Below, in pieces: positions 1-12,084 of a stretch of DNA of 64,000 bases (position 1 is its first letter; each line of letters begins with the position of its first letter). The notes under the pieces are model-generated. The model made no database searches. It saw only the letters and a program-made list of their open reading frames with translations, and was not told the DNA's origin. The stretch spans positions 19,902,001-19,966,000 of the forward strand of contig OX597834.1 of NCBI GenBank assembly GCA_951406725.2, written 5' to 3'. Position numbers and translations under genes: made by a program. This DNA comes from Octopus vulgaris. Its lineage: Eukaryota.

Positions 1-380
1 GACTTGGTATTCTGTCAGATACACCGATAGAATAAGTAACAAAATTTTTTCTTAAAAAAAGTACAAACATCAGTATGTTGGATTAAACCTGACACAGAAA
101 TGCCCCAGCATGACCACAGTCCAATGCCTGAAACAAAAAAGAGACATCTTTTTTATATTGTATTCTTTTACTGGTGTTACTCATTGGATAGCAGCCATTC
201 TCAGCAACAACTCATGAGGAATTTAATCAAACAATTGATTAAATAAAACAGTAAAAGAAAGGAAGAATATGTTAGTGTGTGCATTTATGTTTGTATGTAT
301 GTGTGCATGTGTGAGTTGTGTGCATGTGCACAGGTGGACATGTGTGCATATGTGTGTACATAAGTGTTGTGCTGATAGAA

Positions 381-580
381 CATCATCATCATCATCGTTT
401 AACGTCTGTTCTCCATGCTAGCATGGGTTGGACGGTTCGACCGGGGATCTGGGAAGCCAGAAGGCTGCACCAGGCTCCAGTCTTATCTGGCAATGTTTCT
501 ACAGCTGGATGCCCTTCCTAACGCCAACCACTCCGTGAGTGTAGTGGGTGCTTTTTACGTGCCACCCGCACAGGTGCCAG
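381..580 (-). mobile_element. 3' part of an RTE-dependent non-autonomous retroposon with (ATG)n tail
   Basis: The minus strand ends in ...gacgttaaacgatgatgatg and contains ggaagggcatccagctgtag. A close copy lies at ~61040-61215, with diverged copies at ~6495-6607, ~12688-12900 and ~23000-23175. Confidence 0.7.
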
Positions 581-1225
581 ATAATTCTCGAAGCATCAGT
601 GACTAATTTTGAAGTTTTATTTATGATTTTTTTAGTTGTTTTGGGTTTATTTTTTTCTATTTTATTTTTTCCTCCATGAAATGTCGCCGTCTGTAATGGC
701 AATAATAAAGACCGCAACACAAAATAATAGCCGACAGCAACATCTGTATTTTAATATCACATCCTTCTTGTCTACACAGCTTGATCTAAGAATTAGAGAT
801 GTGTATAGACTTAGTCCTGCTATTACTACTATTGTTTACAAAGATGATGATGATGATGATGGTGGGAAGAAGAGCAAGGAGGGGAACAAATTGATGGTGG
901 AACTGTTGACATTATTTGATCTTTGTGAGCATACAGAGCTTATAAGCATGTATGTAAGTATATATATACATACACATGCACACACATATCTATATATATA
1001 TCACTGATGTTTTCAGGTGATTACAGTCCCTGTCAATACACATGTGTACAATTATGTGCTTTAACTACAGTATTAGAGCATTTTTAGCTCTTATTTCTAG
1101 CATTGTAGGTGTTCTGACACCCTTATTCACATTTAGTGACAATTGTAGTTTTCCTTTTGAGTATTACATTGCACACAGCTCTCTATATTAATTTCACATA
1201 TATATATATTACTCTTTTATTTTTA

Positions 1226-1431
1226 TACTCTTTTACTTGTTTCAGTCATTTGACTGCGGCCATGCTGCAGCACCACCTTTAGTCAAGCAAATCGACCCCA
1301 GGACTTATTCTTCGTAAGCCTAGTACTTATTCTATCGGTCTCTTTTGCTGAACCGCTAAGTTACGGGGACATAAACACACCACCATTGGTTGTCAAGCGA
1401 TGTTGGGGGGACAAACACAGACACACAAACT

Positions 1432-1481
<50 letters not shown>

Positions 1482-1615
1482 TACGACAGGCTTCTTTCAG
1501 TTTCCGTCTACCAAATCCACTCACAAGGCTTTGGTCGGCCCAAGGCTATAGTAGAAGACACTTGCCCAAGGTGCCATGCAGTGGGACTGAATCCGGAACC
1601 ATGTGGTTGGTTAGC
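1226..1615 (-). mobile_element. tRNA-derived CORE-type SINE (octopus OR-like family), head truncated
   Basis: The minus strand has a B-box-like ggttccggattcagtccc, CORE-like ggcaccttgggcaagtgtctt, an internal (TA)/(TG) tract and the tail ...cagcatggccgcagtcaaatgactgaaacaagtaaaag. More than 15 copies occur in the window. Confidence 0.85.
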
Positions 1616-1675
1616 AATATATATTAATCATATATATTTGTGTATATATATTTATGAGTGTGTGTGTGTGTGTGT

Positions 1676-1706
<31 letters not shown>

Positions 1707-1709
1707 TTT

Positions 1710-1908
1710 TACTCTTTTACTCGTTTCAGTCATTTGGCTGTGGCCATGCTGGAGCACTGCCTTTTAGTCGAGCAAATCAACCCCAGGGCTTATTCTTCGG
1801 AAGACTAGTACTTATTCTATCAATCTCTTTTGCCAAACCGCTAAGTTACGGAGACATAAACACACCTCAAGCGATGTTGAGGGGACAAACACAGACACAC
1901 AAACATAT

Positions 1909-1940
<32 letters not shown>

Positions 1941-2078
1941 GAATATATACAACGGGCTTCTTTGGTTGACCCGAGGCTATAGTAAAAGACATTTTGCCAA
2001 GGTGCCATGCAGTGGAAATGAACCTGGAACCATGTAGTTGGGAAGCAAGCTCCTTACCACACAGCCACTCCTGTACCT
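1710..2078 (-). mobile_element. tRNA-derived CORE-type SINE, small internal deletion
   Basis: Colinear with the 1226-1615 and 54814-55209 copies. Confidence 0.85.
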
Positions 2079-2340
2079 ATATATATATGCATTCACATAA
2101 TACATTCTCTCTTCCATTTTCTCTTTACTTATCTCTGTTCTCTGGGATTCTGGAATTACACAAAGTGTCTACATTCTCAGACTGGTTCTAATAGTTCAGC
2201 TCACTTGTCTGTGATTTCGGTACCCATGAATGGTAAGAAATTACGGCTTTCATGCTTGTGATAAAGTATTTGTCACAAGATATCTAGATAATCTTCATAT
2301 TCTGCAATACAGCTTGAACAAAAAAAAACTGTATGTAAGT

Positions 2341-2735
2341 GTGGGCAAGGCTGTGTGGTAAAAAGCTTGCTTCCAAACTACATGGTTCCTGGTTCAGTCC
2401 CACTGCATGGCACCTTAGGCATGTATCTTCTGCTCTAGCCTTGGATCAACCAAAGCCTTGTGAGTGGATTTGGTTGACAGAAACTGAAAGACGTCCATCA
2501 TATATACATACATACATGCATATATATATATATATTACGGAGATGTACTTGCACAGCAAGTGATTTAATCTGAGAAGGTGTGCTGAAACAAAAACAATTG
2601 CAGCGTGGAAGGTGTTTGTAAGCCATTTAAGAAACACACAAAAGCCGTTCGATTCACTTCAACATTTAAGCTTAATTTGTCAAAATATTTTCGTCGCTTT
2701 AAGACCGTGACCTGTTCACTGACAAAAATCCGTGC

Positions 2736-2779
<44 letters not shown>

Positions 2780-3098
2780 ATTGAATTCGGTAGGTGGAAG
2801 TTACTGCCGTGTGTGTATGTGTGCGTATAGCTGCTCAGTGCCTCTCCGAAAGAGAGAGAGAGGGATGTATATATATGTATATATGTATGTATGTATTTGT
2901 GTATCTATGTTTGACCCCCACCATCGCTTCACAACCAATGCTAGTGTGTTTATATTCCTGTAACTTAGCGGTTTGGCAAAAGAGATCAGTAGAATAAGTA
3001 CTAGGCTTACAAAGAATAAGTCCTAGGGTTGACTTGTTCGACTAAAGGCAGTGCTCCAGCATGGCTGTAGTCAAATGACTGAAACAAGTAAAAGAATA
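2341..3098 (+). mobile_element. tRNA-derived CORE-type SINE split by insertions in its internal (TA)n tract
   Basis: The head (2341-~2510) and tail (~2895-3098) match the family, with unrelated sequence between them. Confidence 0.8.
2535..2740 (-). mobile_element. Short (TA)n-flanked Penelope-like/retrozyme-like element with a variant hammerhead
   Basis: Reverse-complement copies lie at 31989-32195 and 43101-43307, all flanked by TA tracts. A hammerhead-like fold spans 2676-2726. Confidence 0.7.
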
Positions 3099-3936
3099 AA
3101 TGAATACATTTTGTGAGGATGGTGGTCATGGTAGGGATAATGATAAAAATTTGTATAAATGAAGGAAATTTATAATGAAAGACATGAAATATATTTGAAA
3201 TATGTATAGGTTCAGGCATGGCTGTGTGGTAAGAAGTTTACTTTTTACTTTTTAACCGTATGGTTCCAGGTTCAGTCCCACTGCATGGCAGCCTTGTAAC
3301 TTAGCAGTTCAGCAAAAAAAGACTGACAGAATAAGTAACAAACTTAAAGAAAATAAGTCCTGGAGTTGATTCTTTCAGCTGAAAATTCTTTGAGGCTATG
3401 CTCCAGCATGGCCACAGTCTAATGACTGAAAGAAGGAAGAGATGAACACTAAAAGATATCCTGAGAGACCCCAGGAAGGTACAATTCTGCAAAGGTGGCG
3501 GATTCATGTTGTTTTTGTTGTTGTTGTTGGTGTTGTTTAGCCCTAGGTCGATCCTTATCGAGTCAACCAATGATTAGACATAACTTCCAACTACAGTTCA
3601 TTATCTAAAAAAATTCTGTACATTCTAAATATTTGGAGAAAAAAAGTTGATTGTCATTATATCCTCGCCCACCACTGACCACCATCATCATCATCACTAT
3701 CACTATGGTTACCCCTATCACCATCATCATCAACATCGTCATCATGTTTGTCAACACAATTATCACCACCACCACCACCATCACAGGGAAACACATCATC
3801 AACATCATTAAAAAACTTCAGTAAACTTATACAAATACGTAGGTGTGGTTGTTATCAGACTGTTTTCTAGTTAAGACAGCTAATGAAGAGACTAGAGTGG
3901 ATTATTGACTGCAGGCTTCCACAGTATTCTCAATAC

Positions 3937-3992
3937 TTTTGTATAATGCATTTAATGATAATAATAACAACAATAATGATAATAATAATAAC

Positions 3993-4043
<51 letters not shown>

Positions 4044-4189
4044 GGTTGCACAATATTTCAACAGCAAGCCTGTCTTTGTCGAGTTTAAAATAATAATAAT
4101 GAATAAAAGAAATCATTATTATTATCATCATCATTTCAATATTTTTGTATAATGCATTTAATGATAATAATAACAATAATAATAATAAC

Positions 4190-4231
<42 letters not shown>

Positions 4232-4330
4232 AGTTGAACAATATTTCAACAGCAAGCCTGTCTTTGTCGAGTTTAAAATAATAATAATGAATTAAAGAAA
4301 TTATTATTATTATCATCATTATTATTATTT
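3937..4330. repeat. Tandem duplication of a ~205 bp unit containing (TAA)n
   Basis: tgtataatgcatttaatgat...(taa)n...caatatttcaacagcaagcctgtctttgtcgagtttaaaa occurs twice. Confidence 0.9.
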
Positions 4331-4334
4331 ATTA

Positions 4335-4384
<50 letters not shown>

Positions 4385-4387
<3 letters not shown>

Positions 4388-4573
4388 TAGTTTTATTTTT
4401 ATAGCGTGCTTTCACTTCACTACCGAGCTCAGCTCTGTGTGCCTTGGGTATGTGCTGTGGTTTGCTGTGATGCTCTTATGGTTACTGTATTGAAAGTGTT
4501 TTGCATAGGATGTGTGCAGTACCTAGTAGTGCTATTTTCTGTAAGTTATATGTGTTTGTAAGTCCTGGTGTTT
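4385..4573 (-). mobile_element. 3' end of an R4/Dong-like non-LTR retrotransposon
   Basis: Minus 4571->4482 translates to TPGLTNTYNLQKIALLGTAHILCKTLSIQ*, which matches the QKxxLLGTAxIL C-terminus of R4-clade ORFs. A short 3' UTR then runs into (TAA)n. Confidence 0.75.
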
Positions 4574-4673
4574 CTTGACCAATTGCATCCTATTTATCTT
4601 TAACCACGACTCCTCCATAAGATATGTAACGTACTTTCCATTGGTTTCATTGATGAGTACTGTACTCTAGTGA

Positions 4674-5177
4674 GCCTGGTCAGCCTGTAATGACATGCAT
4701 AAGATCTGGTCATCAAATCTAAGTAGAGACTTCAAACTTGAAATCTTCAAAGCCACAGTCGAACCAATTCTACTATATGGCTCAGAAACCTGGACGTTAT
4801 CAAAGAAGCTTGAGAGGCGATTGGATTGAACCTACACTCGCCTCCTTATGAGAGCTCAAAATCTCTCGTGGAAGCGCCATCCAACCAAAATGCAAATATA
4901 TGGGAAACTACCACCTGTGGCATCTCTTGTGAAAGGTAAGAGAGTCCAGTTTGCTGGACATTGTTGTAGAGCTGAAAACGAGGTAATTTCTACTCTTCTC
5001 CTCTGGAAGCTATCTACTCACAATACAAGAGGGTGCACACTCTCCTACCCTGATGTAATCTCCAGGGATACAGGCATCCAGCAACAGGACCTCCGTAATG
5101 CCATGATGGACCGTGAAGTCTGGCGTAGCATGGTAAATTCCATTGTTTTGACCACGGTCAAACAATGATAATGATGA
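4674..5177 (+). mobile_element. 5'-truncated RTE-type LINE (RT C-terminal region, pseudogenised)
   Basis: The frame reads AWSACNDMHKIWSSNLSRDFKLEIFKATVEPILLYGSETWTLSKKLERRLD*TYTRLLMRAQNLSWKRH...QFAGHC...DREVWR. It has the LLYGSETW motif, one in-frame TGA at 4827 and a short (TGA)n tail. Confidence 0.9.
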
Positions 5178-5344
5178 GTGATTTGAGCAGCCTATTTCCT
5201 CATTGGACTATTGTGTGTGTGTTAGGCTTGTGGTCATCGGTTTGGTTGAGGGTCTGTTTCTTGGACTGGACATTATGTAGTGTTCCTGCTTTGAGTTCTA
5301 CTTTTCTGTTTGTATCACCAAACCTACATGACATGCATATCTTT

Positions 5345-5727
5345 TATTCTTTCCTTATTTCAGCCATTTTGGCTGTGGCCATGCTGGGGCACTGCCTTGA
5401 AAGGTTTTAGTCAAACAAATCATCCCTAGGATTTTTCTTTCTTCTTTTTTTTTTTACCTTAGAGTCTAGTATTTATTCTATTGGTCTTGTTTTGCTGAAC
5501 AGCTAAGTTGTGGAGATGTAAACACAGCAACACCAGTTGTCAAGCAGTGGCAGGGGAACAAACACAGATGCACACACACACACACACACATGATGGGCTT
5601 CTTTCAGTTTCCATCTACTAAATTCGCTCACAAGGCTTTGATCAGCTTTTGCTCCTCAAGGTGCCACACGGTGGCACTGAACCCAGAACCATATGATTGG
5701 GAAGCAAGCTTCTTACTACACAGCTGC
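5345..5727 (-). mobile_element. tRNA-derived CORE-type SINE, diverged
   Basis: Colinear with other copies of the family. Confidence 0.75.
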
Positions 5728-5929
5728 AATACACCACGATACACACACACACATACAGCCCTACACCATTAGGTAGTGTCCACTCCCAGCAGGTTGCATA
5801 TGATATCCCACCCACTTCCATCTACCCCTACACTGTCCTTTAACATTTATACATTCTCTGCATTCTAAGCCAGTCCAACATTTGATGCCATCTCCTCTCT
5901 ATCTCACATATTCTTCATTCCAACCCATT

Positions 5930-6330
5930 TCTTCTTTATACTCTTCATGAACCATTTCTCCTAATTAGGTGTCCAGAACATTTTCAATTTCATCTCTTTG
6001 ATGGTGTCTACTATTAATTTTCTTAGTTTTTATCATTCTAAGCACTTCATCACTTCATCTCCATGCCATTCTCAGAACTCTTTTATACACCCACATCACA
6101 AAGGTTTCTAATCTATTTGATAATACTTTTGTTAATATCCATGTTTCACCTACCGTTATTACCAAAGACCATACATAGCATTTTAAGCATTTCTTTTTTT
6201 TTTCTCTATGGTTTCCATAATAATGTTTTGTGATGTTAGTCTGGTTGCTATTTTTTATTTCCAAATAACTTTCTAGCTATCTCGTTCATTCTTTTGATTT
6301 TTGCTCCACATTCTTCTGTTATTTAATTGC
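5930..6330 (-). mobile_element. Degenerate RTE LINE fragment
   Basis: ORF 6055-6264 includes LKCYVWSLVITVGETWILTKVLSNRLETFVMWVYKRVLRMAW, resembling the RTE motif CYVWSVLLYGCETW...RLEAFEMW.YRRMLRISW. Boundaries are approximate. Confidence 0.75.
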
Positions 6331-7149
6331 ATATATCCCAGTTACATTATTTTTGCAGAGTTGGCAGAATTGTTACCACATCAGACAAAATGGTAGTGGT
6401 CTTTCTTCCATCTCTTAGCATTGTGAGTTCAAATTCCACTGGAGTCAACTTTGCCTTTCATCCTTACAGACTTGATATAAATAAAGTACCAGTTAGTGAC
6501 AGGAAGGGCATCCAAATATTGGAGATCTGTTATAGAAAACTGTATCTAACCCATGCAAGAATGGAAAAGTTGACATTAAAATGATAATGATGATGATGAT
6601 GATGATGGTTCCTTTGGCATTTACAGAAGTCATAATGCATGTATAGGTCATTGAAATGGATTTTCTGTGAATGATGCTCTTCCTGTTGCCAACCCTCATC
6701 TATTTCCAAGCAAAGTAATATTCTCCCCCATGGCTGGATATGTTCTCCATGGGAGACTAGAAATAAACGACACTGCTCGTATGAAAGTGATGCTTGTTTA
6801 CAACAGTTGCACACCATCGAAGCAAAGAGACAGAGAGAGACAAACACACATATACACACACTAACACAGACATGCATACACACACACACGCAGATAAACA
6901 CTCATGCACACTCACAAATAAACACATACACACTGACAAACACACACACACAGAGACACAAACATGCATACACACAGACATGCACACAGATAAACACATA
7001 CATACTGACAAATGCATACACAAATAAACACACATACACACAAAAAAAGCACACATGCATACACAAAGATACGCACACACAAATAAACAAACATACACAC
7101 ACATAGGCAAACATAAACTCACATATATACACACACACACATTTGTTCC

Positions 7150-7701
7150 ATTTCCTTTTATGCGTTTGAGTCATTGGACTGCAGCCATGCTGGCACACCC
7201 CCCTCAAGAATTTAGTCTACCAAATCAACCCCAACACTTATTACTTTTAAGTCCGATATTTATTCTATCAGTCTCTTTTGTCAAATTGCTAAGTTACAGG
7301 AATGCAAACAAACCAACACCGATTATCAAAGCATTGTGGGGAAACAAACATAAACACACATACATAGATTTATACATGTATATACAACAGGTTTCTTTCA
7401 GGTTCTGTCTTCCAATTCCCTCCCATGGCTTTTCAGTTAGCCCAAGGTACTATGCAGTGGGACTGAACCCAGAACCACATGATCAGGAAGCAAGCTTCTA
7501 ACCACTCAGCCACCTTTCATATATAACTTCCTAGGTTTATACATGCATATACAACAGGTTTCTTTCAGGTTCTGTCTTCCAGTTCCCTCCCATGGCTTTT
7601 CAGTTAGCCCAAGGTACTATGCAGTGGGACTGAACCCAGAACCACATGATCAGGAAGCAAGCTTCTTACCACTCAGCCACCTTTCATATATAACTTCCTA
7701 G
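7150..7701 (-). mobile_element. CORE-type SINE with tandemly duplicated head (167 bp unit, 7369-7535 and 7536-7701)
   Basis: Near-identical direct repeat covering the SINE head and its flank. Confidence 0.85.
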
Positions 7702-9374
7702 TTCTTTTACCAGGTATTTTATTCTGAATTTTATCCTTTAGTGCTGTGGCTTGCACCAAAGTTTCCTCTATCGAAGTATTTTTTTCCCTATCTTTCTTCT
7801 TTTTTTTTCGCGACTCTGCACAAGTTAAACCTGCACAACAACAACAACAACAAATAATAACAATAATAACAATGAAATTAAACAAACAAACAAACAAAGC
7901 TAGCGAGAAGATTTCAAACTCAAAGGCTGCTGGACTGACTTCCAAGCCAACAAGTTTGTTTGTCTGCGATTCAGAGCAACAAAAGCTTGGCTCTTTTGCA
8001 GAATTTTCAAAATCGATATAAGAACCGTCGAGAAAAGCCTGCTATGTTTAATTTCCGATGAAGCAGTGGCCATAAAAATATGGCTAATCTGTAAAACTCT
8101 GCTGGATGCTGGTCACCTGATGGGCCATTATTATTACTGCAAGCAATGTTCATGTAACTGTCACACAGTTCCCTTCAGCATCTTTCTTAACATCTGCTTT
8201 ATTTGTGAAGAAATCTCAGAAGCAATAAATTATACCGTACTTGTATGCCAGAAATGGTGGTGGTGGTGGAGAAGGGGGAATTTTTATGTTTGTACTTCAT
8301 GAGATTTCATATGTGTGTGTGTGTGTGTGTGTGTTTGAGCATATATTTGTGTGCATACAGTATATATAATTGAACTATATATATAAATTATATATATATA
8401 TGCATATATGTATACACACACACTGTATATATCAACAAGTGTGGGCATTAATTTCTCTCTGCTTTATATGTATATATTTGTGTGTGATGTATGTGCATTT
8501 ATATATATATATTCATATATATACATACATATATATGTATATATATGTATGTACACAAACACACACACATATATATTTACATACACATGCACACTTGTAT
8601 ATGTGTACGTGTGTATACACACACACACATACATGCACACACAAACAGAGACACACACATACATATCAGCTTCAATTCTCTATTGGTAGCATGTTGATTT
8701 TGGTGTGATTTTGTGCATGTGTATGTGTGTGCATGTGTGCATACACATTTCCTTTCCTTTAGCCATTTCCCTATCGCTATGTATCTGTTGTTAGTACGAA
8801 GCGCCATTAATTAAATAACTTAATACAAACCCACGAGAAACTCTGCTGGTTAAGATTACCAGTTCATGCAGTAAAGACACTCAGTGAAACATAATATTTG
8901 TAAAACTTGTGACAACACTGTCGCAGTATCTCTCTCTCTATATATATAATTATGCTGGGGTTTCTGTCTATAAAAGCTTACAGTAAACTTACATAATGCT
9001 ATGTGCACCTTCTTGCTAGATCTATAATTGCAATTTTGCATGGATAAAAGATACTTGTGTATAGAAATATATGGAAATTAGAAAGTTTGTTATGAATGGC
9101 TTGAGTTTAAACAATGTTTACTGATTATTTTGGCTGTTCGGAATAAGTAGAGTATACTATATCTTTCTCTGTTGCAGGTAGTGCTGGGTTAACCATTTAA
9201 CAATATATGAATGTGCTTAGGGCTCCAAGGGAAATAGGGGATCACAGAAATGGTAGATGGTTTATAGTACAAAAGAAATAATTTTAAATTTGCTAAAATG
9301 ATATTTGGAACATCTTGTCGCTACTAAGTATAGAAGCGGATGTGTTGTGTAAAATTAATTTTGAGAATCTGATC

Positions 9375-9775
9375 AGGTGTGGCTGTGTGGTAAGAAGCTT
9401 GCTTCCCAACCACATGGTTCTGGGTTCAGTTAAACTGTGTAGTACCTTGAAAAAATGTCTTTCACTATAACCTTGGGCTGACCAAAGTCTTGAGAGTGGA
9501 TTTGGTATATGGAAACTGAAAGAAGTCCATCGTATATATATATGTATATATATATGTGTGTGTGTATATATGTTTGTGTGTCTGTGTTTGTCCCCACACC
9601 CCACCGCTTGACAACCTGTAACTTAACAGTTTGGCAAAAGAGACCGATAGAATAAGTAGGGGGCTGACAAAAAATAAGTCCTGGGATTGATTTGTATGAC
9701 TTAAGGTGGTGCTCCAGCATGGCCGCAGTCAAAAGACTGAAACCAGTAAAAGAATATAAGAATATAAGAATAAAA
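9375..9775 (+). mobile_element. tRNA-derived CORE-type SINE
   Basis: The head (gtggctgtgtggtaagaagcttgc...ggttctgggttcag) and the family tail are both present. Confidence 0.85.
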
Positions 9776-10536
9776 GTTTTGCAATTAAAAGAATTTGGAG
9801 AAAACTTTTCAAATATTTAAAAAATGGAAGTATAGAAAATTAACATTATTTCCCATCTTTTTGTGAGTTTCGTTTTGAATTTGAAAATAATTTATTTTTT
9901 AGTTTATTATTGTTTATATTTTTTAATTTCGTATATAAGGGAGCACCAAAATCTTTTAAATGCTTAGGGCTTCTATGGGTCTTAATCTAGCTCTGGTTGC
10001 AGAAGGTAACTAATCAAATTGGTTCCCACCAGGAAGGGCATCCAGCTGTAAAGCACTGCCGCACAAAGTGGAACCACCTGGCTTAGTGGTTAGTATGTTG
10101 GACTCCTGATTGTAAGATTGTGATTTCATATGTTTAAAGTGAAGAAGAGTTGGGCATCATCGATATCACTCTCTCATCCATGACCATGACCAATCCATTG
10201 GCAAAACCAGGTCAAGATGAGAGGAGATGGAGACAGATGCAGCGGATGACCAAGATGTCTTTGTTATGTCATTTTACTCCCTGGTCTTCACAATGCATTG
10301 CTGCAGCTGTCTGCTTCTCTGTTGAAACATGAAAATTTCCCCTGCAGAATCTGCCAGATTCAGTGTTCAAATACATAGGTACACAAGCCCTTAAATACTA
10401 ATTTATCCATAGCTGGGACATGGGCAGGTGCTACTGAACAAGGTTGAGTAAACCTAGACACCAAAATGTTTTAAGAGATGGTTCCACACTGTTCATAGAT
10501 CTGGAACTTCCGATTTGGAGCCCCACTACCAGATGC

Positions 10537-10847
10537 TTTGTTGTTTGTTCCTTCTCGAGCCATGCCTGGCTCATAAGGGCTGGTTTCCCAGTTTCTTGGT
10601 GTATAGGTTCCCCACCTGGATGGGACGCCGGTCCATCGCAGGTGAGCTGCAAGATGCAGGAGGAAAGAGTGAAAGAAAGTTGTGGTGAAAGAGTCAGCAG
10701 GAGTTTCGCCTTTAACCTTCTGCCGGAGCCGCGTGGAGCTTAGGTGTTTCGCTCATAAATACACGCATCGTCCGGTCTGAGATTCGAACCCGCGATCCCT
10801 CGACCGCAAGTCCGCTGCTCTAACCACTAGGCCATGTGCCTCCACTT
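10537..10847 (-). mobile_element. Young full-length tRNA-derived SINE with a V-like domain and 12 bp TSD
   Basis: The minus strand has A box tggcctagtgg, B box ggttcgaatc and V-like cctgcgatggaccggcgtcccatccagg. The TSD actaccagatgc lies at 10525-10536 and 10848-10859. Confidence 0.85.
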
Positions 10848-11265
10848 ACTACCAGATGCAGTTAAAAGTGATACTCAGCTTAGCTTAAAGTGATACTTAG
10901 TTTAAAGTGTTACTCAGATTTAGCTCTTCAAGGAAATGCCCCAGCATGGCCAAGATCTAATGAATGAAACGAATAAGAAAATAAAAGAATAGAATTTTCT
11001 ATACGCTATCATTTTCCTGTCAAAACTATCAGATTTTATAGGAAATGAAATGAAAAAGAAATTTCAAAGTTTTGGAAGAATAATGAAGAAACATTGAGTT
11101 TCATTGGGTTTTGGGAAGAAAGGAAGAAAATTAATAAATCTTGTCTTAGATTGTAATGATAGTCTCAGATATAGTGGAATATTTCTGAATTGAAATTTGC
11201 ATATCAATTTGCGAAAATACATTTGTCATTTTAAATATTTATGTATTAATGAATATAAAAGCATT

Positions 11266-11308
<43 letters not shown>

Positions 11309-11646
11309 ATGTATATATATATATATGTATATATATATGAGTATCTGTGTGTGCATATGTATGCGTGTAAATGTGTGTATGTGTGTGTGTATATATATAT
11401 GTAGATGTGTGTGTGTGTATAATATGAATGCTTATAGCTAAAGCTGTTGATGGTATGTGCATATGTTAGCCTGTATAAATATGTATATTTTGCATGTGTA
11501 AAATAACAGGGAAACATTTAGTAAATTAAATCTAAATATTTTAAAAATATATATGAGATTCATATTAAGATTAGCTACAATTTTTTAAGGATTTTCATTA
11601 AAATACATATTTATATGAAAACACTGAATGCACATAACTATATATG

Positions 11647-11692
<46 letters not shown>

Positions 11693-11800
11693 TATATAGC
11701 TATATATGCTAGCTTTGAAACATATGTAGCCTGGATTTTACCTACTCTATTCCCTGATAATGGATACATACATACAGACATACATATATATATATATAAG

Positions 11801-11920
11801 TGTTAAAGAGCATAGGCTTGAAACATAAAAGACTTTCTCACCTTCCTGAACATCAAACTAATACACCTGCTTGTTGTTTATACACCTGTCTTTGTCTTTT
11901 GTTTTTCTGTAAATTTCAAC
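11801..11920 (+). mobile_element. (TA)n-flanked Penelope-like 3' end with decayed hammerhead
   Basis: tgttaaagagcataggcttgaaacat is followed by a T-rich tail ending aaatttcaactata. It is related to 18545-18757. Confidence 0.5.
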
Positions 11921-12084
11921 TATATATATATATCTATCTATCTATCTATATATATATATATATATATATATAAACAAATGGTGGTAGTGGCACCTGACTC
12001 AATAGCAAGGATATCCACCATGACATAATCCAGTCTCACTTTCCTCTTTTGTAAAACATTTGGGTGGCAGCACATGTCTCAGCA

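Noticed and set aside
1000-1195. Structured-looking repeat shared with 25670-25885 and 36628-36835
   Set aside because: It is a real interspersed repeat with several hairpins, but I could not identify a ribozyme core or an element class, so no functional claim is made.
7746-8021. Poly-Q-containing 91 aa ORF
   Set aside because: The poly-Q comes from (CAA)n, the ORF spans a T-run and other simple repeats, and it has no recognisable domain.
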